From: an uncultured Bacteroidaceae bacterium | Lineage (GTDB): Bacteria > Bacteroidota > Bacteroidia > Bacteroidales > SM23-62 | Length of the DNA stretch: 64,000 bases | Reading direction: 5' to 3' | Assembly: GCA_963767555.1 (NCBI GenBank) | Contig: CAVYEL010000006.1 | Location: forward strand, 209,178-273,177 | Shown here: positions 10,274 through 21,667 of the stretch, piece after piece | Numbering within the stretch: position 1 is the stretch's first letter | Layout: each line of letters begins with the position of its first letter | The notes under the pieces: generated by a model | What the model was told of the DNA's origin: nothing | Seen by the model: the letters and a program-made list of their open reading frames with translations, nothing else | Databases searched by the model: none | Position numbers and translations under genes: made by a program

Positions 10274-13200
10274 CTAATTTAATATTACAAGCTTTTCAAA
10301 TTTTTCAGCAGTTTGTCCGAGGGAGGTCCTGACTTTGACCCTGTAAATATATACTCCACGGCCAATTTTGCTGCCAAAATCATCGAGTCCGTCCCAGTCA
10401 ATGGGTGCACTCCTGTATCCGGTTGAGGTAACATGTTGTTCAATGGTTTTAACAAGCTTTCCTGAGACGGTAAATACCTGGACCAGGACGTCCATATCCA
10501 TATCCGGCTGGTTGTGTTCAAAGAAGAACTGTGTATGAGTGGTAAATGGATTGGGGTAATTCAGCACATGTTTCAGTACAAGGTCCGATTCTGTATTGAC
10601 TACAAATTCAATGTACTCTTCAGATGAGTTATTGTATACATCCCAGACCTTGACTTTCAGGTGGTGCTGGCCTGCTTCCAGGCTTTTCAGGGGGTATCTT
10701 ATCTTTCCGCTCTGGTAGGAATCGGTATCTGCTTCATAAAAATCATTCAGCACAATGGTCTGGTTTGTTTGCTGGTCAACGATGGCCGTAAGATCATGTC
10801 CGATCCCGCTGCCTATGGTATTGATCCCGTTGCTGTCACTGACATATACCAGCAATTGGGGATCTGCATCGGTCATGCCTCCGAAGACGAAATTTTCATC
10901 ATTCATGAATATTCTGATCTCGGGCCCATCTGAATCATCGGCTATCGAATCGGCAGATCCGCCAATGATGACCTGCTCTGATGAACCACTGGCATCCTCT
11001 GAGTTGTCGGCGGCATAAAAGCTTAATTTGCCATAATCATAGTTATAGGAAATGTCTTTGGGTACAATGAACTTAACCGAGAAATCGCCGCCTTTGACAG
11101 AGGCCTTGCCTTTATATAGTATCCGGTCGCGCAGGTTGAAAGTCATCACGGGATCACCATCATTGGAAAGGGTTTTTATTTCTGATTTTTTGTCATAGAC
11201 GGTCGGGTAGATGATCCCGTTGAAACGCTGGCATGGGGTTGCCCAGTTCATCCTCCACCCTTCCGGTTATGGTAACCTTCCCGAGGGCTTTCAGGGTATC
11301 TGTTGCCTGAGTGATATCGGTTCCGTTCACGGTCAGTACCCGTATCCTGTTTTTCGGGTATGCCAGTACAGCAGCCGGATCACCCAGGAGGGTGAAATTC
11401 CGTTTATTGATCCCTGCCGAGGTGCTGTTTTTTGTCAGCCGCATCACATCCCCCAGCCGGTAGTGCCGGTTCTGGCCGTCAAGGGTGAAAACATGCTGGT
11501 AGAAACGTTCATTCAGTGCATGGTTGGGACCCGCATAAACCAGCCTGGTTGTGCTGAACAGGGCAATTCCCCCGCCATCAGGGTTCAGGAATACCAGTTC
11601 ACCGGCGGAGGTATGCTCATAATCGTCGAAACGGCTGAATTCACAGGTGGCGGTCATAAAGAGGGGCAGTTTATCACTGGTTCTGCCAGGCAACGATATC
11701 ATTGATCGTGAGGATCCTTTCATGTGCCAGGCCGTTTTCTCCGCCATGCCCGGTATAATTGAGGATGAGCGCCCCTTTGTTGACACGCTGGTTCAACGCC
11801 TCGTTTACATCCGGGTACCTGTTCCCGGAAGGGGTGGATTGCTGGGGATAAGCATCAAGATATATCTTCCCGATGGAAAAACTGGGATAATTGGTTTCAA
11901 CATAATTTGCCAGTTCGTCGGCCTGCCTCATATGTAAGTTATAATCCTGGTCGTCACCTATAAAACAGATCGTATTCCGCCAGTCCCCCATTTTATCCAG
12001 CTGGTCATAGGAAATGGTCTTGTTCATGGCATCGCGGGCCTGCATCTGGGAGGATACCGGGAAACGTCCAATACCGATATCCATCAGTCCCGTGTGATCC
12101 ACCCTCGTTATCATCCAGCAATCCGAAAAAATCATCTGTTACAAAGGAGGCTACCGGGGAGAGGGAATTGGCTGACTGGTAGGTGAGGATAAAATTGGTG
12201 TTATTCTCATCTGTTCCCTTGTTATGGTATGATCCGTCCCCGTACAGGAGTACATATTTTGGCATATCTTCTTCGGTAGCGGCCCGGTCATAGAGCATTT
12301 TCAGGAAATCACGGATGGCACTTACATCCGGTTTCCCGGATGAGAACTCATTATATATCTGTCCGGGTGTCACCACTACCGTGTCAAGCCCATCGCGATC
12401 ATGCCTGTGAGCTGCCAGTGATCTGGCGGATGAGATAAAATCCGGATGGCTGATGATGACATAATTCCTGGCCTGCAGTCCATGCAGGTTCTGGTTGGGA
12501 ACGGGCCCCACATCGTCTCCTTCCAGGATGGGCGAAAGTCCCCTGCCCGGTGAAAGCGATAAACTCTTTGAGGCTGTCAGTATTGGTGGTAAATTTTAGT
12601 GTATTGCCTTCCGCGTTGGTGTTCATGATCCTGGCATTGGAAGGATGGGTGATGTCCCATACCATGGCACCGGGAGCATCTGCGATCTGGAATTCTGAGA
12701 TATTCCCCGGTCCGAATGATCTCTGGTCACGGAAGATCAGGCTGGAGGAGGTCTAGGCTGAGCTGGGATCTGGCATTCAGGGTAATGAAATTGAGCCAGG
12801 CCTGTGCAGAGGCCGAATTTTTATTGTACCGCATGGTGATGGCACTGACATCAGCGGTCGGGTTAAATGAGAGGATCTCATCATCTGGCTGTGCATATGG
12901 CAGGACTTCGGAAGAAAGGCTGGTTCCGGACATTTGCAAGTTTCCAATACTTACCTCGTTGGCAGATACCTGGATACTGGTGGTTGCTGATGCCCGGGCG
13001 ACAGCATTGATCCTGACCTTCACGGGTTCGGTCAGCAGGATATCCGCCCCGTCCAGGGGGAAGGTTTGTTCCGTTACAATGTCAAAATGCTCACCATACC
13101 ATTCCTGTCCCGATCCAAGCAGGTTTATATCATCCAGTTCATGGTGGCGGATCTCATCATACTGCGTTACTGTTCTATTGGCCGGACCCGGGGGTGATGC

Positions 13201-14095
13201 TGCCATCTGCATCTGTTTGCCGGCACCCGGACCATCGGTCAGGTAATAATATGAGAAAGAAGCATAGTCATGGACGGTCCGGTTAAAGAATTGTGTTGAC
13301 CCATTGTAGGTCCATATATCCGGTCCCTGTCCATAGAAAAGTATATAATCCCCTGCGTTAAACACCCCGTCGCTTCCTTTCTCAAAATACACGGCATTTT
13401 CGAGCAGATCGTCATCGCGGGAGTGCGAATTCATAACTGGCAGCATGCCACCGCCATTGCCAAATACCTTTACATTGGCCGGATTTGAAATGCCCATCTC
13501 AGACAGCTGCTCCCAGGTCAGATGGTAGATCCCGTCCTCTTCCACTTTGACCCGTACCCAGTTACCGCTGGCCAATACTGACTGGGTGGCATATTGCCGG
13601 CAGGGATGCCTGCATGCTTTTCATGGGTGTGGCACGGGGGATCAGGCGGATCCCGAAAGAAGTAAGCATTTCCACCTGTCCGGTTCGGGCATTTTTTCGA
13701 AGGGGGATGATATTTACCTGCAGGTATTTTTCTTTCCTGAGTGTGGCCACCTGACTTTCTGCATGGACCGCGGAAGGAATGCTGTCCAAGTTATCAACAT
13801 TCCGTATCAGCGAGATATCAATGGCCTGAAAGACCTGGTTATAAATATCAATCTCATACTCGTAATTATTATCTATTTTTAGATTTTCATAAAAAATTGG
13901 TAATAAAGTATTTAGCGAGTAAGTAGCATTTTTGAAATGGAGAACATCCCTGTTCTTATTCTCTACCCGCATACTTTTTACCGGGGACCACTGCAGGCTT
14001 CGCACTCCCTGGTCTTGCTGACCGGACAGGGATGCTGGCAGCACAAAAAGAAATATGCTCAGGATGTATGTATGACAAAAACGGCTTGAAGGCAT
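10274..14095 (-). CDS. porU: type IX secretion C-terminal signal peptidase PorU (peptidase C25-like), about 6 apparent frameshifts
   Basis: Seven collinear ORF pieces. His/Cys dyad contexts NYTGHGG and MTATCEFS are present, along with SGNWVRVKV...GIYHLTWEQL and a C-terminal T9SS CTD-like module (VLNYPNPFT...). porV is adjacent. Confidence 0.85.
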
Positions 14096-14215
14096 GGGCA
14101 GTAATAAAACCGGTAAAATAACATATTTTAATGTTATTTACGTTTCATTCTAACGAGCTCAAAAAAACTTTATTGCTGTTTATCAGTATAAATATATGTT
14201 AAATAAAATCAGGAT

Positions 14216-15196
14216 TTGAACAGGATATTTCTCATCGTATTCTCATTGATCGTCATTCAGCTGAAACTCAGCGCACAGGATCCTTTTTTTTCACAGTTTT
14301 ACAGCAGCATCCTGGTACTGAACCCGGCCTATGCCGGCTCCACTCATCAACCCAGAGTGTCAGCTGCCTACAGGAACCAGATCCCGGCCATGGGTTCCCC
14401 CTATGTGACCTACAATGCTGCATATGATATGCCTGTCAGACTTTTGCAGGGGGGGATAGGGATCAACATAATGAATGATGTTCAGGGTTCTACCCTAAAC
14501 AAAACCAGTATCGATGCCATCTACACCTACTTTCTGGCAGTGACTCCTGATCTTGTGATCAACGCTGGCTTTCAGGCATCTTATGTCCACCGGTTTCTGA
14601 AGACATCAGGTATGATCCTTCCGGACGGACTGGATGCAACAGGGATATACATCGGGCATACAGAACCCATTGCTGATATGAGTAAAGGGTATCCTGATTT
14701 TGCCGTGGGTTTCGTAATGTATAACAGGATTGCCTACGGAGGTGTTTCAATGCATCATTTGACCAGGCCAAATACATCTTATTCAAAAGCCTATAATCAA
14801 CCTCTATCGAGAAAACTTACTGTTCATGGTGGAGTATTTCTTTCCATATATGAAAAAAGGTTAGGCAGGGAGGCACTGAGGCTGAACCCTAACCTGGTTT
14901 ACCTGCACCAGGGTGAATTCCGGCAGGCGAACTACGGGATGAATGTGATTTACAATAACTTACATGCCGGGTTGTGGTTCAGGCACAGTTCAAATTTTGC
15001 CCTGAATGCCTTTTCAGTGCACTTTGGTTATGAACATGATATTTTCAGGATAGGGTATTCTTATGACTTCAATGTGATGGATCCGTGGCGCACAATGAGA
15101 AATATGGGGGCACATGAGGTAACCTTTTTACTTAAATTGGAGTATAAAAAGGGTCAAAGAGTAAATTTTAAGGCAATAAAATGTCCTAAAAGTTAG
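14216..15196 (+). CDS. PorP/SprF-family type IX secretion membrane protein
   Basis: 326 aa with signal peptide then the QDPFFSQFYSS..VLNPAYAG motif. The TTG start at 14216 may really be ATG 14196 (MLNKIRI) plus a T-run indel. Confidence 0.8.
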   Translation: MNRIFLIVFSLIVIQLKLSAQDPFFSQFYSSILVLNPAYAGSTHQPRVSAAYRNQIPAMGSPYVTYNAAYDMPVRLLQGGIGINIMNDVQGSTLNKTSIDAIYTYFLAVTPDLVINAGFQASYVHRFLKTSGMILPDGLDATGIYIGHTEPIADMSKGYPDFAVGFVMYNRIAYGGVSMHHLTRPNTSYSKAYNQPLSRKLTVHGGVFLSIYEKRLGREALRLNPNLVYLHQGEFRQANYGMNVIYNNLHAGLWFRHSSNFALNAFSVHFGYEHDIFRIGYSYDFNVMDPWRTMRNMGAHEVTFLLKLEYKKGQRVNFKAIKCPKS

Positions 15197-15279
15197 TTAT
15201 TTTTGGGACGCCGCTTTAAAAGCGTTTGAAAAAAAAATTATATTTGAGAATCTTATAAATAGCTAAAAAAGAGAGAACC

Positions 15280-16812
15280 ATGACAAGCAAGGTTAACATT
15301 CTTTCCATATTAATAGCGATCGCTCTGGTGGTTGCTTCCTGTGGCGGAAAAGATATAACCCAGAGTGGTAAAGAATCGACTACTACAGGATGGGAATATA
15401 ATGATCCTGATTGGGGAGGATTTGAAGTTGCCCAGAATTATGAACAGCCTACCGGTCCCGGATTGGTGTTCATAGAAGGTGGATCATTTACTATGGGACG
15501 GGTTGAACAGGATGTATTGTATGACTGGAATAACGTACCCCGCAGGGTGACCCTGACATCCTTTTACATGGATGAAACAGAGGTCAGGAATATTGATTAC
15601 CGTGAATACCTGTACTGGATCAGAAGGGTTTTCTCAGAAATGCCGGAGGTATTTCAGAACGCCCTGCCAGATACCCTGGTCTGGCTGGATCCCATGGCTT
15701 ATAATGAGCCTTATGTGGAATATTACCTGCGTCATCCGGCCTATAACGAATATCCGGTTGTTGGTGTCAGCTGGAGACAGGCCAGTAACTATGCCCTTTG
15801 GCGGACCGACAGGGTCAATGAGAGGGTGCTGATCGAAGAAGGGATACTTTTGAAAGATCCTGCAGGGCAGCTGGGTGCTGAGCATTTCAATACCGATGCA
15901 TACCTGGCCGGCCAGTATATTGGATTGGTTGGCGAAAACCTTCCGAACCTGAGGCCCACCAATCCAAGTGACGGAGGTGGTGATGCCGGAACGGATCCCA
16001 GCAGTGAAGGACGTCCGGTAAGGATGGAAGATGGTTTGCTATTCCCCAAATACAGGCTTCCAACTGAAGCTGAATGGGAATTTGCAGCACTCGGACTGAT
16101 TGGTAATACCTATGAGGAAAGATTATGGGAGAGAAGGATATATCCCTGGAACGGACATTCACTCCGGAATGATGATAGAAAGGATCTGGGTAAATTCCGG
16201 GCCAATTTTGTAAGGGGGAATGGTGACTATATGGGTATGGCAGGAGACCTGAATGACAATGCTGCGATCACAGCACCTGTGTATTCATTCTGGCCCAACG
16301 ATTACGGCCTTTACTGTATGGCTGGTAATGTAAATGAGTGGGTTGAGGATGTATACCGTCCACTCTCTCACCAGGACGTGAGCGGTTTCAGGCCGTTCCG
16401 GGGTAATGTGTTTCAAACACTTGCAAGAGATCCTGCAACAGGGGCTCTTGTACCAAAGGATAAGTATGGTAACCTGCAGTACAGGGAACTCAATGCAAAC
16501 GATGTAAAAGACTATACACAGAATTACAGGCAGTCTGACTACAGGGATTACAAGGATGGAGATTTCAGCTCAAGCATCTATTCGGTTGGAGATACAACCA
16601 ATTTCGCATCAAAAGAAATGTATTCCCAGTATGATATGGATATTACATCCATGATCAATAACCGTGCTAGGGTCTTTAAAGGTGGATCCTGGAAAGACCG
16701 TGCCTACTGGCTGAGCCCCGGTACACGAAGATACCTGGACGAAGAAGCAGCAAGAGATGACCTTGGATTCCGCTGTGCGATGACAAGGGTCGGTAGTCCT
16801 GCCGGATTCTGA
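15280..16812 (+). CDS. gldJ: gliding motility lipoprotein GldJ (SUMF1/FGE-fold)
   Basis: Intact 510 aa with lipobox VVASCGG. SUMF1-type motifs are present (FYMDETEVRNIDYREY, PVVGVSWRQA, GNVNEWVEDVY, VFKGGSW, GFRCA). Synteny with porU/porV. Confidence 0.8.
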   Translation: MTSKVNILSILIAIALVVASCGGKDITQSGKESTTTGWEYNDPDWGGFEVAQNYEQPTGPGLVFIEGGSFTMGRVEQDVLYDWNNVPRRVTLTSFYMDETEVRNIDYREYLYWIRRVFSEMPEVFQNALPDTLVWLDPMAYNEPYVEYYLRHPAYNEYPVVGVSWRQASNYALWRTDRVNERVLIEEGILLKDPAGQLGAEHFNTDAYLAGQYIGLVGENLPNLRPTNPSDGGGDAGTDPSSEGRPVRMEDGLLFPKYRLPTEAEWEFAALGLIGNTYEERLWERRIYPWNGHSLRNDDRKDLGKFRANFVRGNGDYMGMAGDLNDNAAITAPVYSFWPNDYGLYCMAGNVNEWVEDVYRPLSHQDVSGFRPFRGNVFQTLARDPATGALVPKDKYGNLQYRELNANDVKDYTQNYRQSDYRDYKDGDFSSSIYSVGDTTNFASKEMYSQYDMDITSMINNRARVFKGGSWKDRAYWLSPGTRRYLDEEAARDDLGFRCAMTRVGSPAGF

Positions 16813-16833
16813 TCTGTAAAAAAAATCATAAAG

Positions 16834-16871
16834 AGCCGTTTCGATATAAAAATTGAAACGGCTTTTTTTTT
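16834..16871 (+). terminator. rho-independent terminator after gldJ
   Basis: agccgtttc-N12-gaaacggct stem followed by a T9 run. Confidence 0.65.
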
Positions 16872-16875
16872 GTAC

Positions 16876-16950
16876 TTTTCAGGGATATTTAAACGTCGCT
16901 TACATTTGCGCAAGCGCCAATGAAGGCTCCTTTTTAAATATCCCTGAAAA
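16876..16950. repeat. perfect 18-bp inverted repeat with 39-nt spacer between gldJ and murF
   Basis: ttttcagggatatttaaa (16876-16893) is the exact reverse complement of tttaaatatccctgaaaa (16933-16950). The spacer contains TACATTTG (16901-16908), a TAnnTTTG-like -7 box. Confidence 0.8.
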
Positions 16951-16980
16951 AGAATAAAGCCATTTCAATGTTTATAGTGA

Positions 16981-18282
16981 ATGAAGATAGAGGCACTATA
17001 TGAAATTTACAGATCGAATCCGAAGGTTGTGACGGATTCGAGGAATGCCAGTGGAGGGATCCCTTTTTTTTGGGCTGAGGGGAGAACGTTTCAACGGGAG
17101 CCTTTATGCCAAGGATGCGCTGAGTGGGGGATCTTCTTTTGCTGTAGTAGATGATCCGTCTGTGGTCCTGGATGAGAGATATATCCTGGTAGAGAACAGC
17201 CTGGAAACCTTGCAGGAACTGGCCACCTATCATCGAAACCAACTGAGTATCCCCCTGATAGCCATCACTGGATCCAATGGCAAGACTACCACGAAAGAAC
17301 TAACGGCCAGGATCCTGTTAACACAATATTCTGTACAGGCCACCAGCGGAAACCTGAACAATCATATTGGTGTACCGCTGACCCTGCTGGGAATCGATGA
17401 TTCAGCCGAAATGGGGATCATTGAAATGGGGGCAAACCATACCGGAGAGATTGCCAGGTTGTGCAGGATAGCCATGCCGGATTATCGGTTTGATCACCAA
17501 TATTGGGATGGCGCACCTTGAGGGTTTTGGCTCCCTGGAAGGGGTAATGAAGGCTAAGAAGGAGCTGTATGATTATCTTGATGAGAATGGGGGACTGGTA
17601 TTCATCAATGAGCAGGATAAAGTATTAAGGGGCATGTTACAGGATTTTGAAGGAGGAGTAATCTGGTATGGAGGCTCGGGTGAATCTGTCATCACAGGGG
17701 AAGTGGTAGAAGCCGATCCCCAGCTAAGGATACACCTGGATATCAGAGGATATGGAATGCTGGAGGTAGAAACCTGCCTGGTCGGATCCTATAATCTTGA
17801 AAATATTGTTGCTGCAGCATCTATCGGGCTGCATTTCGGGATCAATCCGGGAAATATCAAAAATGCGATCCAGCATTACTGCACGGATAATAACCGATCC
17901 CAGCAGTTGAATACCGATCACAATGTATTAATTCTTGATGCCTATAACGCAAATCCAACCAGCATGCGGGCAGCCATTGAAAATTTCCTGAGTATGCACC
18001 ATCCTGATAAATCGGTTATCCTGGGTGATATGCTGGAACTGGGTGAGGCCACAGGGGCGGCTCACAGGGAGATTGTTGATCTTCTGGAAACTGCTGGATT
18101 CAGGGAAATTATTACTGGTGGGCGCTTTTTTCTCAAATGCTGAAGTGCCCGGATCTTACCATGTATTTTCAACCGTGGCTGAATGTGCCAACTGGCTTGA
18201 GGAGCATCCATTGCGTGACAGAATGATACTGTTGAAGGGGTCTCGTGGGATAGGTCTGGAAAAACTTACAGGGATGCTCTGA
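16981..18282 (+). CDS. murF: UDP-N-acetylmuramoyl-tripeptide--D-alanyl-D-alanine ligase, about 3 apparent frameshifts
   Basis: ATG 16981 gives MKIEALYEIYRSNPKVVTDSRNA. Collinear pieces 17045-17521, 17490-18143 and 18025-18282 carry the P-loop GSNGKTTTKE, IIEMGANHTGEI, LDAYNANPTSM and C-terminal LLKGSRGIGLEK. Confidence 0.85.
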
Positions 18283-18288
18283 AATCGA

Positions 18289-18708
18289 TCAGGATAGAAA
18301 AATGTCCATATTTGATGGTACCATGGGTTGCGGGTCCAGGTACCGTGAGAGGGTAGTCAGGATTATGTTTGGATGAACTGGTTTCAGCAGAAATTCTTCA
18401 ACATTCAGTTTTTTCATCAGGTGTTTGTATTCCGGCTGGTTGAGTGCAGAATAAGCCACAATGGGTACATCCGATCTGTATTTTCGGATGAGCCTGGTAG
18501 TTTCAACACCATTCATCTCCGGCATCCGGATATCCATTATGATCACCTGGATCCCCGGATTCTCAATGAAGGAAGAAAAGGCCTCGGTTCCATCATAGGC
18601 CGGGTATATCTTAATACCGGTGGGCTTTAGGACCTCTCCCAGCAATAAGTGAGATGACAAATCATCATCTGCAATAAGAATTGACCTATTTTTCCAGTCC
18701 GGATACAA
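18289..18708 (-). CDS. stand-alone response regulator receiver protein (CheY-like)
   Basis: Intact 139 aa with ILIADDD, VIIMDIRMPEMNG and LLKP receiver motifs. No output domain. Confidence 0.8.
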   Translation of the reverse strand: MYPDWKNRSILIADDDLSSHLLLGEVLKPTGIKIYPAYDGTEAFSSFIENPGIQVIIMDIRMPEMNGVETTRLIRKYRSDVPIVAYSALNQPEYKHLMKKLNVEEFLLKPVHPNIILTTLSRYLDPQPMVPSNMDIFLS

Positions 18709-18843
18709 GGATACAGGTTTAAGGAATTTCTACTCCAGTAACTTGAGACGAAATTACTAAATTAGCTCCCTGCTGGTTAATAAACAAACAGAACTTATCA
18801 ACTAATTTTTGAGGGTTATTAACAGTAGGGTTTATACCCCTGA

Positions 18844-19873
18844 TCAGGGATGAAAATCAAGCTGGTGGAAGTACTTATTCCCCTTGATGAAAAAATGATT
18901 TACAATGCTTCCCTGGAACATTTCAGGGTGTGTCCTGAGCCCGTTCAATGCAAGATTTTTTGCTCTTAACCTGCGTATGGACCGCATATGGCCGAGGAGG
19001 AAGAAATGTGCTTTAACAACAGAAGAGAAATTCCTGAGTTCTAGTTTAAAGAGGAATTGTATCATGGAGATCCAGTCAAGGACCAGTCTCGGGAAACAGG
19101 ATACGTAACAATTTTCCAGCCGGGAGATTTTTATAAAGAAGGATGATATTATTCCTGAAATTCAGGTATGTTTTTTTATGGTCATGTTTGGGAAGGGTCC
19201 CACCCCCTATGTGATAAATTGTTGATTCCCAGCAGAACCGTATTTCAAAGTCCAGGTTTTTAATCCTCCAGCAAAGATCTATTTCTTCCATATGGGCGAA
19301 GAAAAATGGATCGAGTCCACCACTGCGCTTATACAGATCCGACCGTATTGCCAGGCAGGCCCCCGAGGCCCAGAAAATATTCAGATCACTGTCGAACTGC
19401 CCGGTATCCTTCTCGATCCGATTGAATATCCGGCCCCGGCAAAAGGGATATCCGAATTTATCGATAAAGCCTCCAGCAGCCCCGGCATGTTCAAATGAAT
19501 CCTTGTTATGCCAGGATTTTATCTTGGGCATGCAGGCTCCCAGGCGGTCATCGTTCTTCATGGCTTTATATAGCGGGACCAGCCAATCCTTTGTGACTTC
19601 AACATCAGAATTCAGCAGCACGAAATAGGTGGTGTCTATCTGATCGAGGGCCCGGTTATAGCCTTCTGCAAATCCATAATTTTCACCCAGTTCAATGGTC
19701 TTTACGGATGGGAATTTTTGATTGAGAAGTTCCAGGGAAGTATCGGTTGATCCATTGTCGGCAACCCATATATCGGCCATATCCTGATCGGTGAACTCTA
19801 CCAGAGGTGGAAGAAATTTATCAAGGAAATGAACTCCGTTCCAGTTTAATATGACAACCGCTACTTCTGCCAA
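18844..19873 (-). CDS. family 2 glycosyltransferase, one apparent frameshift near 19070-19100
   Basis: VVILNWNG...VADNGSTD...GFAEGYN GT2 motifs. The C-terminal membrane-proximal part (FLFKLELRNFSSVVKAHFF) continues in ORF 18844-19065. Confidence 0.75.
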
Positions 19874-19922
19874 TTTTAGGATCTTGTGGGGGCTAAAAAT
19901 AAGAAGAATATCTGAATGCCTG

Positions 19923-20819
19923 TCAGGGACCCTGGTTTTCAGCCAACTTTTTTGAGGTTAATTTCCAGCGCTTGTGTGTCCACAACCATTGTTCAGGGTT
20001 CTTCCTGATATTGGCCTCCAGGATGCGTACATGTTTTTCTGTGATCTCATGTTGGGCCAATCCGTTCACATCATCAAAAAGTTTTACTACCTCGACTTCA
20101 TAATAACCCCTCCTGATCTTTTTTATGTGGACAAATGCTACCGGAAATCCGGTTTTTATGGCCATTTTCTCTATCCCCAGGTGCACCGGTGTCAGCTGGT
20201 TCAGGAATGTTGTCCAGTACTGGGTCTCTTCCCATATGGTGGACTGATCACTGACAAAACCATAGTACGCCAGTTTTCCCTCCTGCCTGTCAGCAAGGAT
20301 GCGGCGGATCGTGTCACGCATGGGTATCATGATTGCCCCCTGCCGTTCCCGTGTTTTTTCGAAGAACCTGTTAAAATATTTATTATGCAGGGGTTTATAG
20401 ATGGAGATGGGCAAATGGGAGGAGGCATCACAAAGCCTGAGACTCCATTCCCAGTTATTAAAGTGAGCACCTACGAGCAGTACAGATTTTCCCAGCTTGT
20501 AATAATCACTCAATACTTCAGGGTTGCTTAATTTTATTCGTTTTTCCAGGTTTGAGGGTGATATGGTCACCATCTTCAGGATCTCAACAATTATATCATT
20601 AAAGTGTCTGTAGAATCTGCGGGCCAGTTCTCTGATCTCTGGTTCCCCTTTATCAGGAAATGAATTTCTCAGGTTTTCAAATACAATTTTTTTTCTGTAG
20701 GCAACCAGGTAATAGGTGACAGGGTAAAGGATATCTGACAGCCAGTAAAGTACCTTCATGGGAAGTAAGGAAAGGAGGTAGAGGAAGGGGACCACCAGGT
20801 AAAAAATGATTGCGTCCAT
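19923..20819 (-). CDS. lysophospholipid/lipid A biosynthesis acyltransferase family protein (LpxL/HtrB-like)
   Basis: Intact 298 aa with an N-terminal TM helix, HFNNWE (HX4E/D-type acyltransferase motif) and PEQWLWTHKRWK tail typical of the family. Confidence 0.75.
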   Translation of the reverse strand: MDAIIFYLVVPFLYLLSLLPMKVLYWLSDILYPVTYYLVAYRKKIVFENLRNSFPDKGEPEIRELARRFYRHFNDIIVEILKMVTISPSNLEKRIKLSNPEVLSDYYKLGKSVLLVGAHFNNWEWSLRLCDASSHLPISIYKPLHNKYFNRFFEKTRERQGAIMIPMRDTIRRILADRQEGKLAYYGFVSDQSTIWEETQYWTTFLNQLTPVHLGIEKMAIKTGFPVAFVHIKKIRRGYYEVEVVKLFDDVNGLAQHEITEKHVRILEANIRKNPEQWLWTHKRWKLTSKKLAENQGP

Positions 20820-20842
20820 TTCAGAGAAATTTCGGGAACACC

Positions 20843-21664
20843 TTATTTGCCAGGCTGATCATCGATAAAGATTTTCTTGATAATATCCCTGAATTCATCA
20901 GCTATTCCTTCATTGGTGGCTATGATGGTCCCGCCGAAAAGCCAATCTTCATTTCCATAAAAATCATATGCCTGTCCCCCGGCCTGCTGTATGATAAATC
21001 CTCCTGCAGCCACATCCCATGGATTCAGACCATATTCATAAAAGGCTTCAAACCGGCCACAGGCAACATATGCAAGGTCTGTGGCCGCAGACCCCAGCCT
21101 TCTCAGTCCGTGTGAATTCTGCATAAAGAAGTTTACTGAATCCATAAAGCCATCAAGGTGCTCAAAATAGGTGTACGGGAATCCTGTCGCTATCAGGGAA
21201 TCACTCACACTGGAGGTTTTGCTGACCTGTATTTCTTTCCCATCCATATAGGCTTTGCTTCCCTTCCAGGCATAGAAGAATTCCTTGAATCCAAGCTCGT
21301 ATATGACACCCAGGACAATTTTCTCATGATGTTTCAGGGCTATACTGATCGCGAAAGGTGGAAGTCCGTGTATAAAATTAGTGGTTCCGTCAATCGGATC
21401 AATGATCCACTGGTAATCCTCTCCGGAATGTCCCGCAGTGCCTTCCTCAGCAATAAATCCTGATCCGGGAATAAGTTCCCCCAATCCTTTGACCAGCTTC
21501 TGTTCAGCGCCGGTATCCACATGGGTCACGAAATTATGCTTCCCTTTTGATTCTACTGATGATGCAGTGAACTTTTCCCTTTCTGAAAGGATAAAGTCTC
21601 CGGTTGAACGGGCAAGATCCATCACCCCGTGGCAAATTTCTTTAAGATTGATATCGGACATCAA
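20843..21664 (-). CDS. inositol monophosphatase family protein
   Basis: Intact 273 aa with WIIDPIDGTTNF and the ATGFPY/GSAATDLAYVACGRF motifs of the IMPase family. Confidence 0.8.
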   Translation of the reverse strand: MMSDINLKEICHGVMDLARSTGDFILSEREKFTASSVESKGKHNFVTHVDTGAEQKLVKGLGELIPGSGFIAEEGTAGHSGEDYQWIIDPIDGTTNFIHGLPPFAISIALKHHEKIVLGVIYELGFKEFFYAWKGSKAYMDGKEIQVSKTSSVSDSLIATGFPYTYFEHLDGFMDSVNFFMQNSHGLRRLGSAATDLAYVACGRFEAFYEYGLNPWDVAAGGFIIQQAGGQAYDFYGNEDWLFGGTIIATNEGIADEFRDIIKKIFIDDQPGK

Positions 21665-21667
21665 AGA

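Noticed and set aside
16876-16950. Invertible promoter (phase-variation switch) formed by the 18-bp inverted repeats around a -7-like box
   Set aside because: A 39-nt invertible core is much shorter than known Bacteroidota invertible promoters, which are in the hundreds of bp. No recombinase gene is nearby. It is kept only as a hairpin/dyad observation.
18844-19065. 73-aa ORF as an independent gene
   Set aside because: Its sequence (FLFKLELRNFSSVVKAHFF...) is the expected C-terminal continuation of the GT2 protein after a frameshift.
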